In this document: piece after piece, positions 63,535-64,000 of the stretch
Layout of the letters: every line of letters starts with the position of its first letter
Numbering within the stretch: position 1 is the stretch's first letter
Assembly: GCA_963755025.1 (NCBI GenBank)
Contig: CAVWIH010000014.1
Location: 320,001 to 384,000 of the forward strand
Direction of reading: 5' to 3'
DNA: 64,000 bases
DNA from: an uncultured Actinomycetes bacterium
GTDB taxonomy: Bacteria > Actinomycetota > Thermoleophilia > UBA2241
The notes under the pieces: generated by a model
Databases searched by the model: none
What the model saw: the letters and a program-made list of their open reading frames with translations, nothing else
Told to the model about the DNA's origin: nothing
Program-made: the position numbers and the translations under genes

Positions 63535-64000
63535 ATGAAGCGCAATCTGCAGGCGGGGGCGCGACGCAGCGCCTTGCGCCTTGAGGTCTTCACCGAAGCG
63601 GACCTCGACGACATCCACCGCGGGACACTCGAGATCCTCGAGCGCACCGGCGTGTTCGTCGAAAGCGACGAGGCCCTCGACGTGATGGCCGACGGCGGCT
63701 GCCGGGTCGATCGCGAGACCAAGATCGTCAAGATCCCGCCGTACATCGTCGAAGACGCCATCCGCTGGTCGCCGAGCACGGTGACGCTCTGCGGGCGCGT
63801 GCCCGAGAACGACGTGGTGCTCGAAGGCGGCCGCGTCGGCTTCACCAACTTCAGCGCCGGCATCATGGTCATCGACCCGCGCACCGACGAGTACCGCAAG
63901 TCGACCACGCAAGACGTCGCCGACCTCGCGCTCATCACCGACTACCTGAGCGAGATCGACACCTACGAGCACTCCGTCGAGGGCCGCGACGCGCCCGAAG
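63535..64000 (+). CDS. mttB: Trimethylamine methyltransferase (MttB) family protein, N-terminal part (runs off the window edge)
   Basis: MKRNLQAG...LDDIHRGTLEILERTGVFVE...VKIPPYIVEDAI...LCGR...RKSTTQD; not in the ORF track. Confidence 0.88.
   Translation, partial: MKRNLQAGARRSALRLEVFTEADLDDIHRGTLEILERTGVFVESDEALDVMADGGCRVDRETKIVKIPPYIVEDAIRWSPSTVTLCGRVPENDVVLEGGRVGFTNFSAGIMVIDPRTDEYRKSTTQDVADLALITDYLSEIDTYEHSVEGRDAPE

Overview
A very GC-rich, densely coding bacterial window, probably actinobacterial (Thermoleophilia-like, inferred from gene content and protein style), with hints of anaerobic corrinoid methyl-transfer metabolism (a DUF1638-like gene and an MttB-family methyltransferase at the right edge). 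I see no rRNA, tRNA, CRISPR array, phage or IS element. The content is accessory metabolism and transport (agmatinase, aspA, DeoR-APC-FGGY kinase, a polyamine ABC operon with an embedded CocE/NonD hydrolase, metY, mmsA, amtB) plus a lot of signalling (an RpoD paralogue, an ECF sigma fused to a zinc anti-sigma domain, an RsbW-PP2C fusion, a standalone RsbW, two diguanylate cyclases, a Zn-less DksA). Main observations: (1) a DsbA/FrnE gene missed by the ORF track that has an in-frame TGA at the first catalytic Cys (U-P-W-C) followed by a SECIS-like hairpin, so probably a selenoprotein; (2) two paralogous small proteins 43 kb apart sharing an unfamiliar FAWH...GWxHxxGCxCxxC signature; (3) an orphan mreB whose essential N-terminus needs an ATC start; (4) a structured amtB leader with an SD-sequestering hairpin; (5) sigma28/WhiG-like promoters before several signalling and shape genes; (6) tandem repeats that begin at stop codons. 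Eight genes between 36 and 63 kb carry frameshifts, nearly all net +1, most likely long-read insertion errors. All family assignments are from motif recognition by eye, not database searches.
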